DNA of 64,000 nucleotides from positions 2,790,001-2,854,000 of the forward strand of contig CM039008.1 in the NCBI GenBank assembly GCA_017499595.2, written 5' to 3'. Source of the DNA: Psilocybe cubensis (Eukaryota). The position numbers and the translations under genes were made by a program. Shown piece after piece: positions 51,989-64,000 of the stretch (position 1 is its first letter; each line of letters starts with the position of its first letter). The notes beneath the pieces are model-generated. The model searched no databases. It had not been told where the DNA came from and saw nothing but the letters and a program-made list of their open reading frames with translations.

Positions 51989-52730
51989 CTAGTAGCCGGG
52001 TCATTGATACGGATACGTACGAGGGTAAGGATGGTGCAAGAACACCAATCCTTCCTCTCCACCCAGCTCTCCACCCTGTCCAACGTCCTCATTATCTTCT
52101 TGAGCCAGCCGCGTCGTCGTTTGATTTCGAGTTTGCGACCGAGACGCATAAGCGGAGCTATACGGCTCCGTGCGCCACCCCCGAATTTGCCTTCCCATGT
52201 CGAAGTTGAGGCGATGCGCCGGTCCCCGGAATGCCGCACCGGAATACGCATCGTGCGCGCGCTGTGCGGCCGTCCATATATCGAGTTCCGTGATAGATGG
52301 GAGTGTGATCCTGGATGATGTGAGGGTGTAGAGAAGGAGGTGGGAGCGGTGAAGGTAGGGTTGGAGGTAGAGGGAAAAGGGTAATGGGATGCAGGAGGCG
52401 GGGCAAATGGGTGCAGAGAGTAACCGGCGGAATGTTTGGGTAGTGACCATGGTCGAAAACGGAGAACGGCGGTAGTTCATCTCGTGTGCGCTGCCTAACA
52501 GATGGTGGTAGCAATGATGTGAAAAAGGAAGTGGAGGAGCGAAAATTGGTTTACCTTGCCTTGTTGTGAGAGGCCATATGCCTTGCTATGTCTCCTTCTC
52601 TACTCATTTTTTTGCTGCAGATGATACAATGAATGCTACTGGAGGACTAGAGGGTGACATAATGCAAGAATGTGAGTCCAAGTGAACAACAATGCGGAAT
52701 ACGTGAATACACGCACGGACATAGTGATAT
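51989..52730 (-). pseudogene. C2H2 TF paralog with finger exons deleted/decayed
   Basis: 3' exon highly similar to 53853-54380 (ITLPSITELDIWTAAQRAHDAY...RGWRTEPYSSAY). TGG>TGA near the end and frameshifts; a start-region remnant lies near 52720. Confidence 0.7.
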
Positions 52731-53852
52731 TGGTTGCAAAGGGTCGTCAAAAATGGATTGAAGCGGTTAAGAGCTGAGCATTGATATGGGAGGCCATATG
52801 CCTTGCCATATCGGATTGCTTGCTCATTGTCTTACTGCATATGATACCCAGCCTACGAGTCGCTGACTAAAGGTAGCAGAAAAAAAAGAATAGTGAGTCC
52901 CGCAGCTAAGAAACAACGCAGACAATTGGGATAACAGTACCGCTTGCCGTCATCGACATTTGATTCTCCCAGAGGCTGCCGCCGTTGACTCAACATAATG
53001 TGATGTAGCAATAGACAGATAATGACGCAAGGTCTCCATTGGTGACTTGTAGCAACTTGTTCCATGAAAAAGTAGTATGTGCATGGTACGGGTCGAAGGT
53101 ACGAGAAGAAGAAATACAGCGATAAGCCACTATAACCGTCGATTATCAGATCTGCTGAGGCCGCTGAACCCAGCTGAATGATTGTTAGATTATGAAGCTG
53201 ACAGCTATAAAACCTCCTCATTGTTCATGTCATACAAAATCCACTTGTTTGATTTACCGTACTGCACCCATTTGTACCGCAGAAGAAGAATTGGCCTTTG
53301 TTAATTTTAATACTCACACTGTTTACGGTGTGGATTTCCCAGGACTCCCAGGACTTCGACCGACAAATTGAAGAAACTATTAAATGATTATTCAAGCGAT
53401 AAGCCCATCGAAACTCTGTCAAGTTCTATATCTCATTTTATAAAACACATCATCTACTTGGCTACTACATCCACATCAACTTCACCGTACAAAATTGTAC
53501 GCGGCTGAACAGTTGAAACCGGATACAATTGATCCGAACGCTATCTAATCTCCGCCTGAATTGGCCAACGTAGATTATATGCGCACGAGCTAGAAAACAT
53601 GGGTTGGCGCTTGTGTTTTCCGTTGAACTTGGTTTATCACCCATTGGCGGATGTGTTCGAGTTGTCTAATGTTTTACATTGCGCATAGATGAGGTATGGA
53701 GGACCAGGGAGGTACTCGTCGACAACAATTGTGCCGCACCGGATCGAAGGTAGGTCGAGGAGTGCTAAAATGATGCGTCAACTAAGCGAAGAGATCAGAA
53801 TGCAAGAAAAGACAAACCTGTTGAACACAGACTGCAGCGTCAAGCCCCTTAA

Positions 53853-55003
53853 TTAGTAGCCGGGCCATTGATACGGATACGGACGAGGGTAAGGATGGTG
53901 CAAGAACACCGATCCTTCCTCTCCACCCTGCTCTCCACCCTGTCCAACATCCTCATTATCTTCTTGAGCCATCCGCGTCGTCGTTCGATTTCGAGTTTGC
54001 GACCGAGACGCATAAGCGGAGCTATACGGCTCCGTGCGCCACCCCCGAATTTGCCTTCCCATGTCGAAGTTGGGGCGATGCGCCGATCTCCGGGATGTCG
54101 CACCGGAATACGCATCATGCGCGCGCTGCGCGGCCGTCCATCTATCGAGTTCTGTGATAGATGGGAGTGTAATCCTGGATGATGAAGATGAGGATGTAGA
54201 GAGCGACGTGGAAGCGATGAAGTTAGAGGTAGAGGTAGAGGGAAAAGGGTGATGGGATGCAGGAGGTGGGGCGAATGGGGGCAGAGAGTTACTGGCGGAA
54301 AGTGGGGGTGGCGACCATGGCCGAAAAACGGAGAACGGCGGTAGTTCTTCTCGTGTGCACTGTCTAACAGATGGTGGTAGCGATGATGATGATGAGGATG
54401 AGGAGGAGGCGGAGGAGGCGGAGGAGGCGGAGGAGGCGGAGGAGGTGGAGGCGGAGGCGGAAGCGGAGGAGGCGGATTGTGAGGATGTTGGGGAGAATGG
54501 TGTGGATGTGGATGGTACAGCGCGTGCCCTAGGTGCCCGCTTTGCTGGTACATACCCGTGTACCTTTTTTTGATGCTTCAGCATATTTGCTGTGTTGCTC
54601 TGTGGTGAATTACAACCACTATATTGACATATGAGTGGCTTTTTTGTACTATAATGTGTGAGATGGTTAGTAGTTAGGTGTGGTAATAATTAAAGTGTGA
54701 GCTTACTGTTTTCGGTGGTGTTCTACAAGCCCATAGCTTGTATTAGATGTAAAAGGACACAGACGGCACTTGAATGGCCTGTCTCTGAGAAGCAAAAAGG
54801 TGAGTATTGTTAAAAAGGTGAAGTGCAGGAGAGAAAGTTGGTTACTCGGCCTTCTTATGGGAGGCCATATGCCTCGCCAAGTCACCTTGCTTGCTCACTG
54901 TCATGCTGCAAACGGTGCAGGGGGTGCTTCGCGTGGCCTACAGGGTGCCAAAATGAGTCCCGACGATAAACAAGGCGACAAACGGGGAGGCACTCACGGA
55001 CAT
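53853..55003 (-). CDS. Triple C2H2 zinc-finger transcription factor with Ser/Ala-rich C-terminus
   Basis: Spliced product MS|ATRSTPCTVCSMTVSKQGDLARHMASH..E|DRPFKCRLCPFTSNTSYGLVEHHRKH|TKKPLICQYSGCNSPQSNTANMLKHQKKVH, followed by low-complexity SASSA repeats and an LPSI motif. Confidence 0.82.
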
Positions 55004-57458
55004 AGTGATATTCGTTAGCAAAGGGTCGTCAAGAGGGGATTGAAGGGATGAGGATCTTCCTTTAGAAGATGTTGACCAAGGGTAGAGCGATGATACAAAG
55101 ACGGGTGTCCAAGTGTCCCCTTCCCATTATGCGGCAGGTTATACACAAAGCAAAAAAAATGGGTGGATTGGTCTCGATTATCGCCGCAAATCATACCTTA
55201 CCTGGCGATCATCACGCATACCTACCGTATGAGGGAAAATTTGAGCAGGAAAAGACCATACAGAGTAAGAAAAAACTATGTTGAAGCCAATCGGCATATT
55301 GGTGCCGAGGAGGTTACTTTATATGGCAAGTGATCAAATGCGATTATCGGGGCCCGCAGCAAGATTATCAATTTGAGATTTTCGATGTGTGAGTGGGATT
55401 TTGCTGGAATTTGGTGATTGTATGATTATATGGATAATTATGCTCCTTTGAATGACATATCCCTGTGATATGAGTAGGTATCTAGCGCCGTACGTAATTT
55501 CATTCCTGTGATTTGCATTGTAAGTGTCTCCCGCTTTAAAAATACAGCCAGCATCAGTAGTCTGGAACCGTTATCGGAGATTAAAAATTATGTCGGAGAA
55601 AAGCGACATATGTGTCACATCCGCTCTGATCCGACTCTGTCCGTTGAGGGTTGTTCTGCTCTGCGGAACTCTTTCTATCCTAAACAGCACTGACGACGTA
55701 CAATGGGACCACGACGAACAAACTTGTCTTCTGCTCAACACTTTCAACCCTTTGATATTTGCGCATGGCCCATTTGTATTCTCACCCTCGTCCCCCTTGC
55801 CATCCACACTCGATTGCATTCGCATTCGGTTAAGCATCCTGTGACCTGCTCCCAACGAAACGCTCGCGCATATTGCTCACACAACCCGGCGCCGGCCACT
55901 CTTTAGTGCGCCTCATTCTCTTGCGACCTCCTTGCCCTCTCGTCTCTGCTCCCTCTTCTCGTTACTTCGCCCCCACCCGTGCTCGAGCCTAGCGATAGCA
56001 GTGGAATTGCGCAGAAATACAAAATACAAGTAGTGAGTGGATACTGTAGAAGAGGGGCACGCTACGTATCGGCTGCACCTAACTACTCTTTCCCCGTCGC
56101 TTGCTTTTGTAGTACATTCAGCATTCCATATTGCACACGGTGTTGGCTGGCTGCGACTGTTGCCCACCGCATGCTTAACGAGGACTACACGGTGATTGTA
56201 ATTTCCCAAAAGGTGGTCGGAAGTCGAAAGAGGGGCCATTAGGAAAAGACGAGGAAGGTTCAAACGGGGAATATCAAAAGGGATTCGGGCAGGGGCAGCA
56301 TATTGACTCATCAAGCGACGTACGCTCTCCCATGTGCTGCAGTCCCACCTCGTTTTAATTGCTGACCACATCCCTGTCTTCAATGCCACATTTCCTTGTT
56401 TCTGTTATCCGCTGTTAGGAATCACTATTGTGGCTATTCTGGATCCAACCAGCACGTCATTCTCATCACTATCCTGGAAAATAAAGCGTCAACGATGTCA
56501 TCTCACGAACCTATCCACTACCTCTGGATGTGTTCCTTGCTGAACGAGCCTATAGGTGGAGTATGCATGGTGTTCTCTTTCTACTCAAGGTGTGTTTGTT
56601 TGTCGACTGCATGAACATATCTTCTCATTTCGCGAATGTATGAATGCATGACATGACGAGGGTGATTGACGCCTCGTGTACTACGTATATGTGTACCGTG
56701 CGATGTGTCACCCTCACCCTCGATTCGCCTCGCCTCGCTTGTTCTGGCGCTGTTCGCGACTCATTCATCCCCTTCCCCTTCCTGTCATACAACATTTACC
56801 ATTCTGGCCTTCACGGAATCAATCGGTGGCGCGTACAATTGGGAGCAATACTGCAATTTGCGCGGATGACATGCGAATGAATATTTCGCTGTTGTTTTGC
56901 ATCCCATCAGAAAACACTCCAGCCGCCGACGTCCCCGTTTGATTCCTTCCGTGCCGTGAGGGAACTCTTTTTGGGGCACCCTGTGCCGGGACTGCCTGCT
57001 TGGCTGTTTACAGTGCTCGACGAGGAATGCATTCCTGCTCTTATCGAGCGAGCGCATATATTCTGTGAATTTGAATTTCTGACGGTCTTTTCTCTACTGG
57101 ATTCGTTCTTTGACACCCAAGTCTAGGTCTGATTGTTTTCTCTTTGGTTTGTTGCTCCTGGAGTCTGAGCCTTGTCGTATGTTGACCATTTAACTGTACA
57201 CGAGAGGACACACGAGCCAATGTTGTCCAATGGTGCACAACCCGACTATTTGAGCAACGCGTGCACCCTGCACGCGGTTCCACCACGGACTCAGTGGTAT
57301 CGCAGGATTTGGACAGAAGAGGAACTTTGAATCGAATATTATTTCCCGAGAAAAGAAATTGGTTTCCGATAAAAGCATGGTATACATCTTCACGCTACAC
57401 GGTCCCCTAGACAAATATGCATATCTCTCAGTTCTGACTTTTTTCAGTGAAACTGCTT

Positions 57459-59160
57459 TTACGTTAGGAGACCCTCAAAGGTAAGGTAATTCCGTATATT
57501 AGGTGGTCTTGAGTGTTGAATTATCCGAACCGCAATGTGGTGGAATACTGTGTGCTTGAATGGTTCGTTTCTTTTATCGCGGCCAAACGCAAATTCAAAA
57601 GAATTCTGTTGCCCAAAATAGACGATATCGCCATCAAAAAGGATGTCGGGGCTTCCAGTATGATCTGTAGAGGGACGCGTCAGTAAATCACCTAGAAGAT
57701 AAATTTTGTGACTAACGGGGGCATATAGCCACCACAATATGCAGATAGAATATGCGGCGGCAATACTAGTAGCAAAAAATTAATGTTCGTTGCAAAAAAG
57801 TGCTGAATGTGTAATACCAGCATGAATAATTAAACGCACCAAATGAAGTACATGACAGAGTCCCGAACCATGATTCTCAACAGAGACTGGCCACGGATGC
57901 GCAGGGTCGCCTCGGGCAATGATTCACTCTCCCTGTATGCTTTGTAGACTGCCATTGCGCAGAGCAGGGTTTCGAAGGCTAGTGGAGGGGCCCAGAATCT
58001 GGCGAACGTACGGAACTGTCCTTCCATGGGAACGCAGTATGTGCCGCCTGGGACATTGACGACCTGAACTAAATGTAGTAAAAATTACACAAGCAGTTGG
58101 TGAGGAGGGTAATGTTGATAGGTAAATATGTACCCTTTGGGATTGAAGTCATCAGGAACCAGAGATCGACGGATGAGGTTACTGCGCAGCCAATTGCCAT
58201 ACCGAGGAGAACGAGTTTACTGGAATTATATAGAGCATATATCCGTATTTGTAGAATAACTTGGATAAACATGTGAACTGGAGATAGAATCCGACCTACG
58301 ACTTGATGTATAAAGAAGGACACACCTTGGTTAACTAGCGGGATTAGGAATAACGTAAATGCCTGCCATAGACCGTCTTGATCACCTAGTTCGAATGGGC
58401 GAGAATGATTTCTGATAACAAATATGCCAGTGAACCCGGACTTACAACTGGAAAGATGTGTTTTCAGCATTTTCAGTTTTCACTTAATCATTAGTTTGGT
58501 CTAAATTTACGCACAACTGGAAACGACATGTTATTATACTATAAGAGTGCGGGACAAATCGTCAGGAGATGACCCACCTTCTGTGTCACTCGCAAGGATG
58601 TGGACTCTATGCATGTTCAAAGCCCTTGTCAACCACTACATAAGGAAGTTATTACACACCATACATCTCTATCCTGAGATTCCAGTGGTGGTAAGAACAA
58701 TGAAAATCGGAGAAGAAGAGGAGCCTACACTGCCGTACCCAGAACGTAATATCGATTCTGAAGATTTTGTTTGTTGACATCCATTGCGTCGCAGAGTAGA
58801 CAATAGGAGTACTTACAAGGAAATATATTGCTTTTACAGCGGACAGTCGGCCAGGCTGGACAGTGCGTTAAGCACAATGAAAACATGAAGACAGTGGCAC
58901 GATTTTGTGAAGAGTCTCACCCAGAAGAGTTTTACCTCGCTTCCGAATGTAATTACTATTGTAGAGCAAATATGAGAGGGAGATGAAGATGAACTGAATA
59001 AGCTGCGAACCATAATCGTAGATGTATAATACTACTGCAGCCACTGTAATAGGGTTGGCAGAGTGTGACCGTCAGTACAGTGAAAGGTATCTGTACCTGC
59101 CACGTACGTACCCTTGATGTATTGGTTCTGCTTTATCGTGCAGACGGGCGGGAAACTCTA
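57459..59160 (-). CDS. DUF6533-type basidiomycete membrane protein (start not resolved; may be degenerate)
   Basis: VAAVVLYIYDY.ITFGSEVKLFW, ILQIRIYALY, FETLLCAMAVYK and IMVRDSVMYF motifs across many introns. Confidence 0.62.
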
Positions 59161-62100
59161 AAGCGATGGTAAATGGTCTTTGTTATCAAAATATTCAATC
59201 TTTACTTAGGGCTTTATTCTGGTGTGCTGTCAAGCTTGCATTGATGAGACGTAGAGTTTGATTATTAAAGTGATATATTCATGCTGAGCGCTGAACGTGA
59301 ACATTCAATTCGTGGGATTCGAAGTTACTTCAAGTTACTGATGCATCGCACATATAATGGCTCGTATTCAGTCATATTCAGAGCTTCAACATAATATTGG
59401 ATGGTGCAGCCCTATGAAGAAGACAATATGGATATATGTTCTTATATGTGAGTTTTCGAAAGCTAGTGCTAAATTGGCGAAGCTCAGCTGTGGGACATAA
59501 ATTAGTCATTCTCAAAATAGGTCCAAACCTCGCATCAGTGAAACCGTTTGACAAGTCAGTCGGCGGCCCCAGCTGCTTTGACAGCTACTGGCGCGACTTG
59601 ATACCGACAGTCTTATTTTGCGACGCCAGCTACTTGTTTCATTCACAGCAGCCAAGCGTGTTAAATGGGAATGTTGTTTCTGTTATTAATAACTTCGTCG
59701 CAGAGTAAGGTGTTTCACATTTCCCAACCAGCCTGATCATCATCTTCTCGTTGAGATCCATACGCTGAGCTATATGGCTCCGCCCACCATCCCCGAATTT
59801 GGATTCCCATCTCGAAGTCATGGTGATGCGCGGCCCCGTCGGCGCGGGTTCAAGTGCGAGTTTTGGTAGTGATGTTGGTCGGTGCATGTTCCCCGAATTG
59901 TTTATGGTAAATTTACACACATGAGTGGGTCCTTTGTAGTGCTGTGATGTGTGGAACTGTTAGTGGGTAGAGCGATGATACAAAGACGGGTGTCCAAGTG
60001 TCCCCTTCCCATTATGCGGCAGGTTATACACAAAGCAAAAAAAATGGGTGGATTGGTCTCGATTATCGCCGCAAATCATACCTTACCTGGCGATCATCAC
60101 GCATACCTACCGTATGAGGGAAAATTTGAGCAGGAAAAGACCATACAGAGTAAGAAAAAACTATGTTGAAGCCAATCGGCATATTGGTGCCGAGGAGGTT
60201 ACTTTATATGGCAAGTGATCAAATGCGATTATCGGGGCCCGCAGCAAGATTATCAATTTGAGATTTTCGATGTGTGAGTGGGATTTTGCTGGAATTTGGT
60301 GATTGTATGATTATATGGATAATTATGCTCCTTTGAATGACATATCCCTGTGATATGAGTAGGTATCTAGCGCCGTACGTAATTTCATTCCTGTGATTTG
60401 CATTGTAAGTGTCTCCCGCTTTAAAAATACAGCCAGCATCAGTAGTCTGGAACCGTTATCGGAGATTAAAAATTATGTCGGAGAAAAGCGACATATGTGT
60501 CACATCCGCTCTGATCCGACTCTGTCCGTTGAGGGTTGTTCTGCTCTGCGGAACTCTTTCTATCCTAAACAGCACTGACGACGTACAATGGGACCACGAC
60601 GAACAAACTTGTCTTCTGCTCAACACTTTCAACCCTTTGATATTTGCGCATGGCCCATTTGTATTCTCACCCTCGTCCCCCTTGCCATCCACACTCGATT
60701 GCATTCGCATTCGGTTAAGCATCCTGTGACCTGCTCCCAACGAAACGCTCGCGCATATTGCTCACACAACCCGGCGCCGGCCACTCTTTAGTGCGCCTCA
60801 TTCTCTTGCGACCTCCTTGCCCTCTCGTCTCTGCTCCCTCTTCTCGTTACTTCGCCCCCACCCGTGCTCGAGCCTAGCGATAGCAGTGGAATTGCGCAGA
60901 AATACAAAATACAAGTAGTGAGTGGATACTGTAGAAGAGGGGCACGCTACGTATCGGCTGCACCTAACTACTCTTTCCCCGTCGCTTGCTTTTGTAGTAC
61001 ATTCAGCATTCCATATTGCACACGGTGTTGGCTGGCTGCGACTGTTGCCCACCGCATGCTTAACGAGGACTACACGGTGATTGTAATTTCCCAAAAGGTG
61101 GTCGGAAGTCGAAAGAGGGGCCATTAGGAAAAGACGAGGAAGGTTCAAACGGGGAATATCAAAAGGGATTCGGGCAGGGGCAGCATATTGACTCATCAAG
61201 CGACGTACGCTCTCCCATGTGCTGCAGTCCCACCTCGTTTTAATTGCTGACCACATCCCTGTCTTCAATGCCACATTTCCTTGTTTCTGTTATCCGCTGT
61301 TAGGAATCACTATTGTGGCTATTCTGGATCCAACCAGCACGTCATTCTCATCACTATCCTGGAAAATAAAGCGTCAACGATGTCATCTCACGAACCTATC
61401 CACTACCTCTGGATGTGTTCCTTGCTGAACGAGCCTATAGGTGGAGTATGCATGGTGTTCTCTTTCTACTCAAGGTGTGTTTGTTTGTCGACTGCATGAA
61501 CATATCTTCTCATTTCGCGAATGTATGAATGCATGACATGACGAGGGTGATTGACGCCTCGTGTACTACGTATATGTGTACCGTGCGATGTGTCACCCTC
61601 ACCCTCGATTCGCCTCGCCTCGCTTGTTCTGGCGCTGTTCGCGACTCATTCATCCCCTTCCCCTTCCTGTCATACAACATTTACCATTCTGGCCTTCACG
61701 GAATCAATCGGTGGCGCGTACAATTGGGAGCAATACTGCAATTTGCGCGGATGACATGCGAATGAATATTTCGCTGTTGTTTTGCATCCCATCAGAAAAC
61801 ACTCCAGCCGCCGACGTCCCCGTTTGATTCCTTCCGTGCCGTGAGGGAACTCTTTTTGGGGCACCCTGTGCCGGGACTGCCTGCTTGGCTGTTTACAGTG
61901 CTCGACGAGGAATGCATTCCTGCTCTTATCGAGCGAGCGCATATATTCTGTGAATTTGAATTTCTGACGGTCTTTTCTCTACTGGATTCGTTCTTTGACA
62001 CCCAAGTCTAGGTCTGATTGTTTTCTCTTTGGTTTGTTGCTCCTGGAGTCTGAGCCTTGTCGTATGTTGACCATTTAACTGTACACGAGAGGACACACGA

Positions 62101-62343
62101 GCCAATGTTGTCCAATGGTGCACAACCCGACTATTTGAGCAACGCGTGCACCCTGCACGCGGTTCCACCACGGACTCAGTGGTATCGCAGGATTTGGACA
62201 GAAGAGGAACTTTGAATCGAATATTATTTCCCGAGAAAAGAAATTGGTTTCCGATAAAAGCATGGTATACATCTTCACGCTACACGGTCCCCTAGACAAA
62301 TATGCATATCTCTCAGTTCTGACTTTTTTCAGTGAAACTGCTT

Positions 62344-64000
62344 TTACGTTAGGAGACCCTCAAAGGTAAGGTAATTCCGTATATTAGGTGGTCTTGAGTG
62401 TTGAATTATCCGAACCGCAATGTGGTGGAATACTGTGTGCTTGAATGGTTCGTTTCTTTTATCGCGGCCAAACGCAAATTCAAAAGAATTCTGTTGCCCA
62501 AAATAGACGATATCGCCATCAAAAAGGATGTCGGGGCTTCCAGTATGATCTGTAGAGGGACGCGTCAGTAAATCACCTAGAAGATAAATTTTGTGACTAA
62601 CGGGGGCATATAGCCACCACAATATGCAGATAGAATATGCGGCGGCAATACTAGTAGCAAAAAATTAATGTTCGTTGCAAAAAAGTGCTGAATGTGTAAT
62701 ACCAGCATGAATAATTAAACGCACCAAATGAAGTACATGACAGAGTCCCGAACCATGATTCTCAACAGAGACTGGCCACGGATGCGCAGGGTCGCCTCGG
62801 GCAATGATTCACTCTCCCTGTATGCTTTGTAGACTGCCATTGCGCAGAGCAGGGTTTCGAAGGCTAGTGGAGGGGCCCAGAATCTGGCGAACGTACGGAA
62901 CTGTCCTTCCATGGGAACGCAGTATGTGCCGCCTGGGACATTGACGACCTGAACTAAATGTAGTAAAAATTACACAAGCAGTTGGTGAGGAGGGTAATGT
63001 TGATAGGTAAATATGTACCCTTTGGGATTGAAGTCATCAGGAACCAGAGATCGACGGATGAGGTTACTGCGCAGCCAATTGCCATACCGAGGAGAACGAG
63101 TTTACTGGAATTATATAGAGCATATATCCGTATTTGTAGAATAACTTGGATAAACATGTGAACTGGAGATAGAATCCGACCTACGACTTGATGTATAAAG
63201 AAGGACACACCTTGGTTAACTAGCGGGATTAGGAATAACGTAAATGCCTGCCATAGACCGTCTTGATCACCTAGTTCGAATGGGCGAGAATGATTTCTGA
63301 TAACAAATATGCCAGTGAACCCGGACTTACAACTGGAAAGATGTGTTTTCAGCATTTTCAGTTTTCACTTAATCATTAGTTTGGTCTAAATTTACGCACA
63401 ACTGGAAACGACATGTTATTATACTATAAGAGTGCGGGACAAATCGTCAGGAGATGACCCACCTTCTGTGTCACTCGCAAGGATGTGGACTCTATGCATG
63501 TTCAAAGCCCTTGTCAACCACTACATAAGGAAGTTATTACACACCATACATCTCTATCCTGAGATTCCAGTGGTGGTAAGAACAATGAAAATCGGAGAAG
63601 AAGAGGAGCCTACACTGCCGTACCCAGAACGTAATATCGATTCTGAAGATTTTGTTTGTTGACATCCATTGCGTCGCAGAGTAGACAATAGGAGTACTTA
63701 CAAGGAAATATATTGCTTTTACAGCGGACAGTCGGCCAGGCTGGACAGTGCGTTAAGCACAATGAAAACATGAAGACAGTGGCACGATTTTGTGAAGAGT
63801 CTCACCCAGAAGAGTTTTACCTCGCTTCCGAATGTAATTACTATTGTAGAGCAAATATGAGAGGGAGATGAAGATGAACTGAATAAGCTGCGAACCATAA
63901 TCGTAGATGTATAATACTACTGCAGCCACTGTAATAGGGTTGGCAGAGTGTGACCGTCAGTACAGTGAAAGGTATCTGTACCTGCCACGTACGTACCCTT
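62344..64000 (-). CDS. Duplicate copy of the DUF6533-type membrane protein gene (5' end beyond the window)
   Basis: Identical to 57459-59115 at offset 4885. Confidence 0.6.

Larger units (their letters stand above)
55080..64000 (+). repeat. Tandem segmental duplication, 4885-bp period (55080-59964, second copy from 59965 to the window end)
   Basis: The ORF track repeats identically at offset 4885 (e.g. 55508/60393, 58547/63432). Both copies start GGGTAGAGCGATGATAC, and no differences were seen by eye over ~4 kb. Confidence 0.95.

Noticed and set aside
53849-54573. Poly-Pro/His and poly-Glu/Ala ORFs
   Set aside because: These are alternative frames or the antisense of the Ser/Ala-rich exon of the zinc-finger gene.

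Overview
This is intron-rich fungal DNA, most likely from an agaricomycete (basidiomycete), in a transposon-riddled accessory region. The main feature is an intact minus-strand gene with about 12 introns (16462-20219). It fuses a LodA/GoxA-type cysteine-tryptophylquinone (CTQ) amino-acid oxidase to a VioB/RebD/StaD-type ferritin-like domain. It is transcribed divergently from an Old Yellow Enzyme and sits among six paralogous cytochrome P450 loci (three apparently intact, three broken) and an SDR, which suggests a non-canonical biosynthetic cluster with no PKS, NRPS or terpene core. A decayed 6.5-kb Helitron (5590-12130) has inserted into the last codon of the SDR and carries a nested solo LTR and an accessory ORF. 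Other mobile DNA includes three CACTG-ended foldback MITEs (one sits exactly in a P450 splice acceptor), an IS3EU-like element in a P450 I-helix exon and another TIR element. The window also holds a GH28 gene, a small hydrophilic stress-type gene, a multi-TM membrane gene, a decaying tandem family of C2H2 zinc-finger genes and an apparently identical 4885-bp tandem duplication running off the window end. Exon structures were deduced by eye and no database searches were run.
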